From the NCBI GenBank assembly GCA_965287045.1, contig OZ336878.1, forward strand, positions 97,030,001 through 97,094,000: a stretch of DNA of 64,000 nucleotides. Direction: 5' to 3'. Every line of letters begins with the position of its first letter. Position 1 is the stretch's first letter. Shown here piece by piece: positions 25,073 through 38,683 of this stretch. A model generated the notes under the pieces. It saw only the letters and a list, made by a program, of their open reading frames with translations, searched no databases and was not told where the DNA came from. The DNA is from Carcharhinus amblyrhynchos. Taxonomy: Eukaryota. Both the position numbers and the translations under genes were made by a program.

Positions 25073-26222
25073 TAAAATATTAAAAGGGGCATTGTAATCG
25101 CTAGCCTTGACTCTTCAAGTGTTTTGTTTCACCCAGGCTAGAGTGCTACCATGAGAAAAACCATGTGAAAAAAACAGCTTTGTTTTCCTTGAGAAGGTGA
25201 TCTTTTATCTATTCTGCTGGAGATACTGAATGTGCCCTTGAATTTTGGAGCATCGGAGAAATGTAAGGGCGCTATACAAGATAGAATTATTTGTGTAACT
25301 GATTAAGCCATGCTTTGCCATAAAAGCACGTCACCTCCCGCAAACGATTATCCTTTGTGATTTTTTTTCTGCGTTGTCTGAGCATGAGCCGCAGGAAACG
25401 GAAGTTTGAAAAGGGCGAGTATGTGGGACAAGAGACGCCCTTGAATTCTGGAGCATCAGAGATATGCAACGATGCAAGAAACTGAAGGATTTTATTGGAG
25501 AGGCAATGCTGCAGAGACCTAGATTGGATTTCCGCCTTGGCTCACTATCTGTGCTGACTCTGTACGTTACCCCGTGACTTCTCTCGGGTGCTCCAGTTTC
25601 CTCCCATAGGTCCGAAAGACATGCTGGTTATGTGGGTTGGCCATGCAAACTTTTTGGACAATGCACCCGAAAATGCCTCAGAGTGTGACGACTAAGAAAT
25701 TTCATAGAAACATAGAAACCTAGAAGATAGGAGCAGGAGGAGGTTATTTCGCCCTTCATGTCTGTTCCGCCACCGCCATTCATCATGATCATGGTAGATC
25801 ATCCAACTCAGTCGCCTCATCCTGCTTTCCCCATAATCTGTGATCCCATTCATCCCAAGCGCAAAATCCAGCACCCTCTTGAATACATTCAATGTTTTCG
25901 CATAAACTATTTCCTGTTGCATTGAATTCCACAGGCTCCCACTCTTTGGGTAAAGAAATGTCTTCTCACCTCCGTCTGAAATAGTCGACCCTGAATCCTC
26001 AGACTATGACCTCTGGTTCTTGACTCCCTTATTTCGCAGTAACTACATAGCAGTGTTAACGTAAGCCGAATTGTGAAGCGAATAATAAACTTTTATGCTG
26101 CTGAATGAACACTTTTGCATCAAAACACTTCCTCCCGCAAATGATTTTCCTCTGCCAAGGAATTCTTTTCTGCGTTGGTTGAGCATGAACGGCAGATAGC
26201 GATTTTAAAACAAAACAAGTAC

Positions 26223-26294
26223 TGCCGTGACGTGGATTCGAGCCGAGGTTGCTGTGATTACAACTTTGAGTATTAATCACTATACAGTCACGGC
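26223..26294 (-). pseudogene. Degenerate tRNA-His copy
   Basis: TGCCGTGACGTGGATTCGAGCCGAGGTTGCTG...CACTATACAGTCACGGC; anticodon stem broken. Confidence 0.8.
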
Positions 26295-27431
26295 ACCATG
26301 TATAGCTTGCTGCGAAGTGAATTGCCCCACGAACTCAATACGTTCGAATAGCCGTGCAGATGAAGCGCTCTCCTTTTCGATTCTGTATCACAGAAGAATG
26401 GTTTTCAAATACTTGGCGACTCAGAGAAAATTTGTCTTACTCATGACCCGTTCCGATGGAAACTAACTTTCTACCTCTCCACATATCCATTCAAAATTGT
26501 TCAGTACTTCCCGCATAAGCTTCCCGACTCCTTGAGCCGTACAACCTTGAACGATTGTTCACTTTTTGAAAATAAGTGGTGGATGATTTATCACACAGGT
26601 GAGTAGAATTCTGGTCGCTCAGACAATCTTTAGTCTCTGAAATTCTCTTCCTCACACGACAGTGGAAGTAGAGCCTTGAATACAGCAAAGGCAGGGCTAG
26701 AAAAAAATCTTGATGAAGGAGCGAGTGAAAGCATATGTGGGACAGTCTAGATTGCGAGGTTGAAATTACAATCCGATCAGCCATGACTTCAGTGAAATTC
26801 CGAGTGGTCTCGAGGGGCCGACTGTCCCACTGCTCATAATTCATATATCTGTAATCAAACGATTTAGTAACTTGAAACCATTCCCTCCGATTCTCCGGTA
26901 AGTTCGTGTTAACACATGTATGCTAGAATCCCAAAATTCACTTGTATTCACGGCGTAATGTTTCATGCTCTGTGTCGACTGTTTGGAGAATGAAATTTGC
27001 AAATCAGCTCATTGTAATAATAATTGTAAAATGGCACTGTAATCGCCAGCATTATGTTCAACTTGCTGAAACGTTCCTCATCTAAAAACATGGCAGCGTT
27101 CAGAATATACAGAATATTCCGTAGAATTATGAAAGTGAAATGTTGGAATGTTGTGCCTGCTACCACAAGGCGCATGTATTTTTAAGGATGTGTTCCAGTT
27201 CAGAGTGCAACAATCACTAAGAGATTCAAGACTGAGGCGAATTCAACTACATAAAATCATTTACAATGGAACTGTGACTTAGTGGACAGGTAAACTCAAA
27301 GGGATTACTGGACCAGAGTTATTTTACCCCTCTTTTTTTCTCTCCTGTAGCTTCAGCTATTTATTATACGAATTGAATTTAAAACTTGTTGGCGATGCCC
27401 ACTGGCAGTGAACACGAGAACATTAAACACA

Positions 27432-27655
27432 GTAAGAAGTTTCACATTACCATGTTAAGGTCCAACAAATTTGTTTAGTAGCAGGAGCTTTTGGAGTGCT
27501 CTCCTTCAGCTCTTCTAAATATCTCATAATTACTGGCCATAATTACTCTTTTCTGCCATTCTGTTCACTCACCTGATGAAGGAACAACGCTCCGAGAGCT
27601 CGTGCTAACAAATAAATCTGTTGGACTTTAAGCTGGTGTTGTGAGACTTCTTATT
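27432..27655. mobile_element. Penelope-like non-autonomous element with inverted ends and a hammerhead-like core (fragment also at ~31558-31622)
   Basis: Left end GTAAGAAGTTTCACA...GTCCAACA...GAGC...CCTTCA is an imperfect inverted copy of the right end CTGATGAAGG...CTCCGAGAGCTC...TGTTGGAC...TGTGAGACTTCTTA. Confidence 0.7.
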
Positions 27656-28477
27656 GCACAACGCCAGTATTTGCACAACATCAAACACAATAGCTGACAC
27701 AAACAATGCGCGGCAGTGAATAGGAAATCTGTTACCGCAATACAGATTGTTCAATAACAGGAAAACACAGAAACCTCTCCACTATTTTTGAAAATGCACT
27801 TTGGAAATACTTCACCTTCAGTCGAAGAAAAACCTTATGCTCTTCCTGGAGCCAACACTTCCGACTGGCCAACACTCACTATTTACTGCTCTGAGCACCT
27901 GCCCCAATTTTGCTGCTCAAGCACAAAAGCGAGGCCACAGAGACCCGCCTGCTCTATTCTGGGTCGAAGCTACTGTTCCCTGTTTTTGCAAAGGGTCGTC
28001 TGGTCTCGAAACGTCAGTTCTTGTTGTATTCTTACAGTTACTGTTTGACCTACTGATATTTTCCAGCTTTTTCTCTGATGGTTGCTTTTAGGTTTTCCAA
28101 ATTTCGCAAGCCTTTTCCATATATCCTCTTCCGGAATCACTTCGAGCAAATTTGATTAATTCTCATCCTCGATGAAAACAATACGGTGAACTGAGCGAAA
28201 TGCTTCATGTGTTGTCGGGATTCAATGGAGCGAGACAAACATTATCTTTTGGCAGGTGAATTAAAAGTTGGTGACCGACCTGCCGAAAACTTCCAGTGTT
28301 TGCGCTTTCCGTGGCAATGCGCCAAATAATTAACGGCTTCATTTCCTTCCTTGAGTATTTATCTCACACAACATCGTTCCTTACATTTTCACATGTCCAC
28401 TTTAATGTTTTTCTTTCCAGAAACTGCGTCATGTGCCATGTTCGTTGCAAAGAATTTTCGCATTATCTGACGGGGAG

Positions 28478-28841
28478 GCAGAGATTCTTCCCGCTTAGAA
28501 AGGATAGCAGGACCAGAGGGCACAGCCTCAAGATAAGGGAGTTGGGGGGGGGGGGGGGGGGGCAGTTCAGATCAGAGTTGAGGAGGAACTTCTTCACTCA
28601 AAGGGTGGTGAATCTCTGGAATTCTCTGCCCGTTGAAGTGGTGGAGGCTACCTCGATGAATATATTTAAGTCGCGGGTAGATAAGTTTTTTATAGACAAG
28701 GGAATTAAGGGTTATGGGGAGAAAGCGGGAAAGTGGAAGTGAGCCACTTCAGGTCAGCCATGATCTTATTGAATGGCGGGGCAGGCTCGAAGGGCTAGAT
28801 AGCCAACTCCTGCTCCTATTTCTTATGTTCTTTTGTTCTTA
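28478..28841 (+). mobile_element. Short 3' fragment of a young CR1 LINE
   Basis: FPLRKDSRTRGHSLKI...RRNFFTQRVVNLWNSLP, 3' UTR and TTCTTATG-type tail. Confidence 0.92.
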
Positions 28842-29323
28842 TCTGGGGCAAAATACCGCCCTTGAATGCTGTCACATCAAATATATTTCAAGGCGCAAGA
28901 TATGGAAACATGTTATAGGGTGCGAACGGTGGCACAATTGTTCGCAAGGCTGCCAGGGACATGGGTTCCAATTCCTGCTTGGGCCACTGTGTGTGCTGAG
29001 CCTGCACGTTCTCCCCGTGTCTGCGTGCAATCCCTTCGGCGATTGCTTCCCACAAGCGCAAAAGTGGAAAGGGTTAGATACATTGCCCATGCATAATTCT
29101 TCCTCAGCGTACGCGAACAGACGCCTGAGTATGGCGACCAGGGGATTTTAGCAGTCAAATTATTGCAGTGTTAATGTAAGTCTTCTTGTGACACTAATAA
29201 ATAAATTTTAAACTTTGCGTGACTGATTGAGCGTTTCGCCATCAAAACATGATTCGTCCCACAAATGATTCTCCTCGAAAGATGCGCATGAGTCGCATGG
29301 TGCGTTTTTTTAAAATTACCACT

Positions 29324-29394
29324 TGCCGTGTGTGAATTCGAATCGATGTTACTGTAGCCATAACGTAGAGTTCTAACCATTACACGATCACGGC
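29324..29394 (-). pseudogene. Degenerate tRNA-His copy
   Basis: TGCCGTG...ATTCGAATCGATGTT...CTAACCATTACACGATCACGGC. Confidence 0.8.
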
Positions 29395-31397
29395 GTCTCA
29401 CTGCCGCTACCCGTATAAACACCTGCACCTAACCACTCCTGCAACTGAAGGACAACGCTCTACTTCTCGCCCAAGTTATTACAGATGATTCGATTTCCGC
29501 CCCCGTCTCACCGCGAAGGCATCGTCAGATATCCTGAAGCTTCCGTTGCACGAACTGAGTAAATACCGTGGGAATTCGAAATCTGAACGAGAAACCAAAA
29601 CTGGTGAGATAGACTGAAGGTTTGGCAGCATTTTATGAAAGGGAAACAGATTTTAGGATTACCTGAGAACGAAGTTAACTGCCGCCAAAACCAGTAAGCC
29701 TTTGTTTTCATTAAAGAATCAGGGTCGGATTGTCTGCGATCTTAGCAGGAAATGAAATGTTCACCAAACGCCATATCATCCATTGCATCCAGTCCTCAAA
29801 TTCAAGACAGGTCTGAAAGAGGGAGGGAGACAGAAAGTAGACATCAGCAGGTCACTTAGATTAAAGTCTACTGCAGGAAATATATTGCAATCATTATTTC
29901 GAAATGTAATTGCAGGGCACTGGGGAAATTTCAAGGCTATCGGGCCCCTTGTGAAACAAAAAAAAACATGTTTGACCAATTCATTGGCGTCACATTTGCT
30001 GTGTATTGATGAAAGCTTGCGGATGCATGGTCCTTAGAGCTGAAGAAGCCTTTTGATATGGCTCCACACTGAAGCTTGTTGCGGAAAATACGAACATATG
30101 ATGTAGGGGAGGGGAGTAACATATTGGCCTGGTTTAGAGATCCTATAAGAAAGAGGTTAGGAGTATTTCTGTCACTCGGAGGATCTCTGGTTTCTGCAAC
30201 TTTCTTGCTCCAAAGACAGTGGAAGCAAAGTTTTTGAATGTAAGAGAGGCGGAGTTAGAAGAATTCTGCATAAAGGACCGGCTGAAAGTTTACCTGGGTT
30301 AAGCCATGAATGTGGGGATGAAGTTAAAATCAGATCAGCCAAGACCTGAGTGAAAGGCGGAGCGTTGTCGAGGGGACGGTTGACACACTGCCGTTCCTCT
30401 TTCCTATGCTTGTTTGTAACCAAACGGCTTAATAACCTGAAACCATCCGCCCTTGTCTTCCTTTTAATTCTTTCTCGCACATGTTTAATAGAATCCGTGA
30501 TTTCTCTTGTATTCATGTCATTATGCTTCTCCACTTGTGATGGTGTTGGCTGTTATGGAGAATTAACTTCACTAATTGGCTTATTGCAATAATAATAAAC
30601 AAATATGTCAAATATAAATGGGCTTGGCAATCGCCAGCCATAGTTCTTGACGTTTTCGTTCCACGCTGTCTCGAGTGCAAGAAAAACCGTGAAAAAAAAC
30701 GTTTTTTTTTCCTTCGGATAGTGATTTTTTTTTAACCTATTCTGCTGGAGATAGTTGAGGTGCGCTTGAATTCTGGAGCATCAGACCGCTATGTATGATA
30801 GCATTTTATGTTTGACTGATTGGGCGTTTTGCCATCAAAACATGGCTCCAACCGCAAATAATTCTCTACGAATTAATTTTTTATGTGTTGTTTGAGCATG
30901 AGCCGCAGGCAGCGAAAATTTAAAAAGGGAGGCTAACCGGGACAACCCTGAAGCATCAGAGATATGTGACGGTTGTATATGGATATGGACGGATTTTATA
31001 GGGGATGACACGATGGCACAATGATTAGCAGTGCTACTAGGGACCTTGGTTGGATTTCGTGTTTGGGTCTGCACGTTCTCCCCATGCGTTGCCTCCGGGT
31101 GTTCCGGTTTCCTCCCACAATTCCGAAAGACGTGCTAGTTAAGTGCATTAGCCATATAAATTTTCGCTTAATGCACTCGAAAAAAATTTGTGGCGAATAG
31201 GGGATATCGCAGTACCTTCATCGCAGTGTTAACATGAGCTTACTTGTGACACGAATAATAATCTTTGTATGACTGGTTGAGCGTTTTGCCGCCAAAACAC
31301 TGTTCCTCCGGCAAATGATTCTCCTCTGCGAACGAATTCTTCTCTGCGTTGTTTGAGAATAAGCCGCAGGGGGCTAATTTTTTTTTTAAATAATTTT

Positions 31398-31469
31398 TGC
31401 CATAACTTTGCTTAGGGCCGAGGTTGCTGCGTCCCCAATGAAGAATGCTAACCACTATACGGTCACGGC
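31398..31469 (-). pseudogene. Degenerate tRNA-His copy
   Basis: CCGAGGTTGCTGCG...CTAACCACTATACGGTCACGGC. Confidence 0.75.
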
Positions 31470-34199
31470 GCCACACATCGCTTGCTGCGCTAACTTGTGC
31501 CCGACTAGCTCAATACGTCCATGATGTGCTGATGCCAGAGCTGGACTGGGCTGTGCGCAGTAAGAAGCCTCACAACACCAGGTTAAATTCCAACAGGTTT
31601 ATTTGGAATCACGAGCTTTGGAAGGTGTACTTCGTCCAAGCAACCCTGCAACTAAATACAACATAGCTTTGGCTCGGATATCACAGAAGAAAGGTTTCAG
31701 CTTCCAATCCGATGGCGGCTAAGGGAAAATTTGACTCTTTCAGGACACGTTCAGATGGAAACTCATTTTCGATCTCTCTACATATTCCTTCAAAATTCTC
31801 TAGTATTTCCACTATGTTCTTTCATGTGTGCATGCTACAATGACAGAGTTTTCCTGTTCATCGCCTGCCATCCTCGAGGCACAGAATTGAGTGGAGAGAT
31901 AAATACATTTTACAATCACTTAGCTTAACGGTTCAATTAAACCTGACTTTGGTAGATGTTGAAGCTGTGAATGCCATTGTTCTGTGGTCGTGGGTACAAT
32001 TCAGATTCTGCCACCTATACGCCCTTACAACGAACCCGCTCCCTTCGCCTTGAACGAAATCGTCGGAAATGTTGCAGATTCATTCGCAAAATCTCACCAC
32101 ATACCACAGACGTTCGAAGTCTGAACGAGAAACAGCAACTGTTCACGTAAACCGCTGCAATTTTCGAAAGACAAATGGTTCTCAGGAATTCTCTGAGAAC
32201 CAAGTTTGTAGCCGCTCAATCATCAAGCCTTTGTTTTCATCCTGGTGATCTCAGCAAGAGCTGAAGTCATCTTGAATCGCTATGCCATCCATAACCTGGC
32301 TCTTAAATTCAAGACTCGTTTGAAAAAAGGAGGGAGACAGAAAGCAAGACGCAACATGTCACATGGGCTAAAGTCCAAGTCTCGCATTGGGAAATTGTTA
32401 GCAATCGTTACTTAGAAATACCATAGTGGGACGCTTGAAAGGCTCAATGCTATACCTTTTTGCAAGGGAAAGCATACTTGACCAATTTATTGGAGTTATA
32501 TGTGTTGTGAATTAAGGAAAACTGCTGGATGCACGATCCTTAGATTTCCAGAATCCTTTTGTTTTAGTGGTTGGGCCAAGGGATATTCTCCAAATAAGCC
32601 TGACAGGCGAGGTAATGGGAAAATGCATTTTATGATAGACATCATGCTGAAGTTAGCAGAAATGAAAGAGCAATATAAGGCGATGTCGATCCCAGTTACC
32701 AAACGGCTATACTTCCTTTCTTGAGTATTTACCTCACATAAAAGACTCCATTTTTTTTTACATCCTTTTCAATGATTGCTTTCCAAAGAAAATATCGTTC
32801 GTTTTGGTGTTTTTTTTTACGAGGTGGCAATTAGTCTTAGGAAACTAATGTCACAGTACAAAAGGTAAAACATTAAATTAAAAACCAGTGATCAATGGAA
32901 GAAGCTATCTCAGTGGTCACAGATACACGGAACTCTTGGATAGGGTTCTGAAGTTATCAGTAAAAAAAAAGAACAGTTATACATTTTCTTTATCAGGCTT
33001 ATCCCACACTTCACTGGTTTCAAATTAATTTTGTTTGGTATACACAGGTTAATGCAAATCTCCATCTAGTACCTCAAACAACCATATTTTCCTTTTCAGC
33101 ATGATGTTTCTCGGAAACATCATTAAACTCGGAAGCTAACCCTCTTTTTGTCTAAAGTTTCTTCCCTATTGCCTGGTTACGGTAGCCGCTCCAGTAAGGG
33201 TCAAATTGGATGTTTCCACCAGCTTACTGCCAAGCTGAATATTCATTTGTTCCTGCATCCAGGGCCATATCTATTCTGTGTCTGGGCAGTGATGGAACAT
33301 ATTCATTATTATTGCAAAATGTGTTCCCTCATAATAATTTCCATATTTGTGTTCTGCTAGCTCACGGGTTTCCAGGTATGTGGCTCTCAACATTTTACCA
33401 TTGCGCCTTTCAGTAACGTGCATTGGCCAAGTTGTCCAATCACAGTAAAATACTTGAAATACATGTGGAATATCAACTTACATGTTTTAAAATAATCGTA
33501 GCTTATGATTTAAAATCATAGTAGCTTGCATCTAGATATGTGTTATCATTTAACTCTTTAATGTTAGCTCTGCCCGTGACTGTATGCTGTCTAAAAGCTA
33601 AGAGAAATGTAAAATAATCACTTTCATGTGCCATGTTCGTTTTGAAGGATTTTCACATAACACAGAATATCTTCTAAACCTCTCATTTCCCATCACAATA
33701 TTTATTGATTTAATCATTTGCCATTCAGTTCACTCGCACTTTTCAACAGATAAGATTTCAGACAATCGCTCATAAACGCCAGCTGACATCTTCTGAGTGC
33801 AAAACAACATCTATTTTGCAAATATAAGTTAATTGTTCACTTACCATTACAGTAAAGGCGGCTGTTGGAATTCTGAAATGAAAACAAAACTGTTGCAGAA
33901 CATTGGCCTCAAGGCGTCAATTCGGTTACTTTCTCCATAGATGTGAGACCGTCAGTTAGCAATACAAGTTCCCACTAAAATGTCGTATTGCCATCACGTC
34001 AAAGCACTTCCAGCAATTTGCCCATGATGGGTCAGAAAGATCGAAATGTTCCTGTTCAAATATGTTCAAAGCACATCGTGTGAAACGGATCCGTGCAACC
34101 CCAGAAAGATGGCAGCCAACAAACTCCCCGGTGTTACTGAAAGCGTGAGACATTGCAATACGACAAGGAAGTGAGGATAGAATGGAAGCAGCGAAGTAA

Positions 34200-34730
34200 G
34201 GGAACAACAAAAGGAGAATACAGTACAGGAACAGGCCATTCGAACAATCAGCCAGCCCCAATTCCAAATCCTTATTTAGACCCACTATTATTGCACATAC
34301 GCGGTTTCTATTTTTATGTTTTCCTCCCGTTCATGTATCTACCAAGATACAGTTAAACGTTGCTAACATACCTGCACCCACCATCGTCTGTGTGAAAAAT
34401 TTTGCACGCATGTGTTCCCGAAACCTTCCCCCTCTCACATTTAACCTTTTCGCCTGAGGAAAAAGCCTGAACCTGTTCCCTCGTAATTGACCATTCAGCA
34501 CTGAGAAATTAAATCTCCGGCTATCCATCCTGCTTTTGTTTCTCTTAATTTTCCAGTGCTTGATGAGGTTACCCCTCAGCCTCCGCCTTTCCAGTGAAAG
34601 CAACCGGAGTTTAATCCATCTCTTCATATATCCAAAACCCTCCAGAGTAGACAACGCTCTGGAAAAACTCCTTTGCACCCTCTCCAAAGGACCCCTGTCC
34701 TTCTAGTACTTGTAGATAATATTCCAATTG
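34200..34730 (-). mobile_element. Old CR1-like LINE 3' remnant
   Basis: ORF 34331-34687: ERVQR.F.R...SLERRRLRGNLI...FFTQ. Confidence 0.7.
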
Positions 34731-34982
34731 TCTAAATCAAAGTTTCGTACAACTTTAACGGAAGCGAGTTTGAAGTGGGGCGGGAGTGGGGGGGAGCGCT
34801 GGGAGGGGGGATGCTGTCGGAAGTGCGGGGTTGTGGAATGTGATGGAAGCATAGAAGAAGTGTGTGATTTTTGGATCTTCAGAGACATGCATGACGTGTT
34901 ATATATGTGACTGATTGAGAGTTTTCCGCCAAAAAAAAATACTTTCTACTTGAGCATGAAGCCAAACGTTTCAATCAACCGC

Positions 34983-35055
34983 GGTCATGACTCGGATTCA
35001 AGCCAAGGTTGCTGCGGCCACGATGCAGACTATTAGACAACTAAACGATCACGGC
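34983..35055 (-). pseudogene. Degenerate tRNA-His copy
   Basis: ATGACTCGGATTCAAGCCAAGGTTGCTGCGGCCAC...ACGATCACGGC. Confidence 0.8.
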
Positions 35056-37562
35056 ACACCTCAAAGCTTGCTGCAGCTGCAATTGGTCGGGTCAACCCAT
35101 ACGTCCATCGAGACCTGCAAGTGAAAGACAGCGTTCTCCTTCTTGGCACTTTGTCACCGAATAATAGTTTCAGCTTTCAACCCATTGGTTGTTGATAGAA
35201 AATTTGCGTCACTTATGACCCATTCAGAAGGAAACTCATTTTCTAACTCTCCACCTATCCTTCCAGAATTGTTCAGCAATTGCAGCATGTTCTGTTGTTA
35301 GTGCATGTTACACATGGCAGAGTTTTCCTGTTCTTCGCCTGCTGCCTTCAAGGCGCAGAATTGAGTGGAGGAATAAATGCGTTACGCAATCATTCGTCTT
35401 AGTGGCTCAGGCCGTTTTTCTTCGGCACATGTGGAATTTATTAATGTGAGTCTTCAAAGGCCGTGGGAACGATTCGGTTGAATTCCTCATTTCACCCCAG
35501 TCAGCCTCTGCCATCCCCTGTCCCCCACCTCCCCCCTCCTCACCTCACAGCCACCACCACCACCACCCCCATCCCCCACCCCACCCCCTCCCATCTCCCG
35601 CCACCGCTCTCCGCCTCGAAAGATATTGCTGGATATCATGAAACTTCATTTACACAAACTATCTAAATACTACAGATGTTCGAAAACTGAACGATAAACA
35701 GAAACAGTTGAGGGACACATGATGTTCTTGCAGCAAATTTGGAAAAATAAACAGATTTCACGAACTTTCAGCGAGCGAACTTAGCTGCTAAAAACAAACA
35801 TTAAGCCTTCCCTTTCATTAAGGAATCAGATTAGGCCTTGCCTCTGGCCTTAACAGAAATCAAAATAATCATTAATTGGCATGTCATCCATAACATCCAG
35901 CTCTCTAATTCAAGAAAATGCGAGGAAAGCGGAAAAAGGGAAACAGCGGGTTATTTCGTCTAAAGTCTGTCAGGGAAACGCGTTAGGAATCATTATTTAG
36001 AACTGCTACAGAGGAAAACATGGAAGAGTTCAAGAATATCAAGTCTTATGTGAAAGGGAAAACGTCTTGACAAACTTATGAGAGTCATGTTTGCTTTGAA
36101 TTAAAGGAAGCTGATGTTTGCACTTTCCTCAGATTTCCAGGAGCCAGGATCCTTGTTCTTGCTGAAAATACTATTTCCTGGCGTAGCAGATATCATATTG
36201 ACCGGGATTGAAGTTTGACTAGCTCACAAAGAGCAGCGTTATATATGGTTGACATGATGTGGCCATTAGTATGGCACGTGAATCAGCAATTGGGGTCTCA
36301 ACGTTTTGTCATGTATATAAATCATTTGGATGATTTGACTGAAGCTCGTGCTTGCTAAGTTTGTTCATGCTAAAAAGATAGATAGGAAAGTAAATTGTGA
36401 AGAAAATGTAGCGGGGGAACAGGTTGAATGAATATTAAAAAATCTGGCAAATGGAGTGTAAATGTGGAATGGCAGGAAGAAAACTAAATTGATCATAATC
36501 TAAGTGGCGAGGGCGTTCAGAACGCTGACTTGCAGATTGATCTGAGTGTCCTCGTACATGAATCACAAAAGGATAGTATACAGACAGAGCAAATATTTCT
36601 GAGGCGAACAAAATGCTCATTGGAAGCAGAATTAGTTCCAAATGTAGGGATGTAAAGCCTCCATTTCAAATGGTCTATTGTATGCAGCAATGGTCGCTAA
36701 TTTGAGGAAAAATGTACAGTCTTTAGAAGTAGTACACTGAAAGTTTTCCGGACTAATTCCAAGAAAGTGCTGGCCTTTCCTTTGGGGAAGGTGGAGATCC
36801 AGACGATTTTAAAAGGGTAAGAGTCGACTTTATCAAAGCCATTTAGATCCTGAGGTGTTTTGACAGACTGGACGTGGAGAGGATAACTACTTCTGCCGAA
36901 CAATCTAGAACGATCGTTCACTTTTTGAAAATAAGTCGTCGATCATTTAGAAAGGAGGTGAGGAGAATTCCTGTCCCATCTCTGGAATGCTCTTCATCAA
37001 AAGGCAGTGGAAGTACAGTCTCTGAATATATTAAAGACAGAGTTAGACAAAAGCTTCATAAAGGAGGGAATGAAAGGATATCTGGGATAGCCTGCTACGA
37101 GGGGTTGAAGTTACGATCAGATCAGCCATGATCTCAGTCAAAGTCGGAGTGGTGTCGTGGGGCCGGCTCTCCCACTGCTCGTAATTCATATTTTTGTAAT
37201 CAAACGATTTAGTACCTTGAAACCATCCACTCTGGCCTTCCTGTAAGTTCATATATATAATAGAATCCGAAAAAAATCACTTGTATTCATGGCATAATGT
37301 TTCTCGATACGTGTTTTGTGTTGAGTGGATAATTAACTTGGCAAATCAGCTTATTCTGCTAATAATGAAGAACGATGTAAAATATAGAAATTGGCATTGT
37401 AACGCCAGCCCGAATTCGACGAAGCTCTTATCCCACGTTATGTAGAGTGCTAACAGTTGAAACACTCGAAAAAAAAACCCTTTATTTTCATTTGGGAAGT
37501 TGAATACTTATTTGTTTTGCTGGAGATAATAGAGATGCGTTTGAATTCTGGAGCATCAGAGA

Positions 37563-37867
37563 TCAGAGAATCCCTACAGTACACTTAGAGGCCATTCTGC
37601 CCATCGAGGCTGCACGGACCACAATCCCACCCACATATTTACCCGCTAATCCACACATCTCAGGACACTAAGGGGCAATTTTAACATGAGTTAATCAACC
37701 TAACCCGCACATCTTTGGACAGTGGGAGGAAACTAGGGCACCCAGAGAATACCCACGCAGATACGAGGAGAATGTGCAAACTCCACAAGACAGTGCCCTA
37801 AGCCGGGAATCGAACCCAGGTCTATAGAACTATGAAGCAGCAATACTAACCACTGTGCTACCGTGCT
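37563..37867 (-). mobile_element. HE1-type V-SINE
   Basis: Reverse strand reads CAGCACGGTAGCACAGTGGTTAG...GGGTTCGATTCCCGGC...GTGGAGTTTGCACATTCTCC, with a CR1-like tail. Confidence 0.88.
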
Positions 37868-38029
37868 GTATCCAAAAGTGTGAGGTATGATCACATTATA
37901 TGTGCGACTGATTGAGCGTTTTGCCATCAAAACATGGCTCTCACCGCATATGATTCTACTCAGCGAGTGAATTAGTTTCTATGCTGTTTCAGCATGAGTC
38001 GCAGGAAGCGTATACTTTTAGAAAAAAAA

Positions 38030-38101
38030 TGCCGTGACTCGGATTCGAACCGAGGTTGCTGCGGCCACAACGCAGAGTACTAACCACTATACGATCACGG
38101 C
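38030..38101 (-). tRNA. trnH-GUG: tRNA-His(GUG), intact
   Basis: Exact reverse complement of the canonical sequence; T8 terminator immediately 3' (A-run at 38022-38029 on +). Confidence 0.98.
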
Positions 38102-38683
38102 GCCACAGAACAACTGCTGCAGAAACACTTGCTCATTTCAAGCCATATTCGGGTCCCCAGTTGAACCATAGCTCTCTGGAAAGCAACCAAAACAGAAGTG
38201 CTGGAAAATAGTAGCGGGCCTGCCAGTTTCTGAGAGAGAACAGAGCTCAACGTTTCGAGTCCGCATCATTCTTCATCAGCTCCGTGCATCATTCTAAACA
38301 CGCCGGCCAGCAACCGCATTTCTGTTCTCAGTACCGATATATTTCAAACCAACTTTTTATTTGTTAAAATAAAGCAGAGTTAGCGCAGATGGGTCAGCTC
38401 TTTTTTTCCTGTTTGGACAATTGACATCGATGTCTTCGAGGAGTGGCCGGTGTGCAGGCTGGGGGTGCTTTTAGGTTTTTGGGTGGTCTCCTGGTAAGCC
38501 TAGCAGAGGAGGTTATGGGAAAGTGCATTTTATGGTAGATATCATGCTGGAGTTAGCGGGAAAGGAAAGGAAAATAAAGATGTGATGTTTACACTCCCTC
38601 GTTTCACTGTTACCGAACAACTTCGTTTCCTTTCTTGATTATTTATCTCATGGAAGGGTGTTCCATACACCTCACACACATGT

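Noticed and set aside
28543-28562. Long G/C runs (also ~38989, ~41878, ~60337) as G-quadruplex or regulatory elements
   Set aside because: All are expansions of the same homopolymer within the CR1 KIKGGRF codons, from slippage or sequencing noise.
26223-29394. Anticodon-shifted copies (GTA at 26223, ATG at 29324; ATA at 11999) as novel tRNA isotypes
   Set aside because: Anticodon stems and other arms are broken, consistent with neutral decay.
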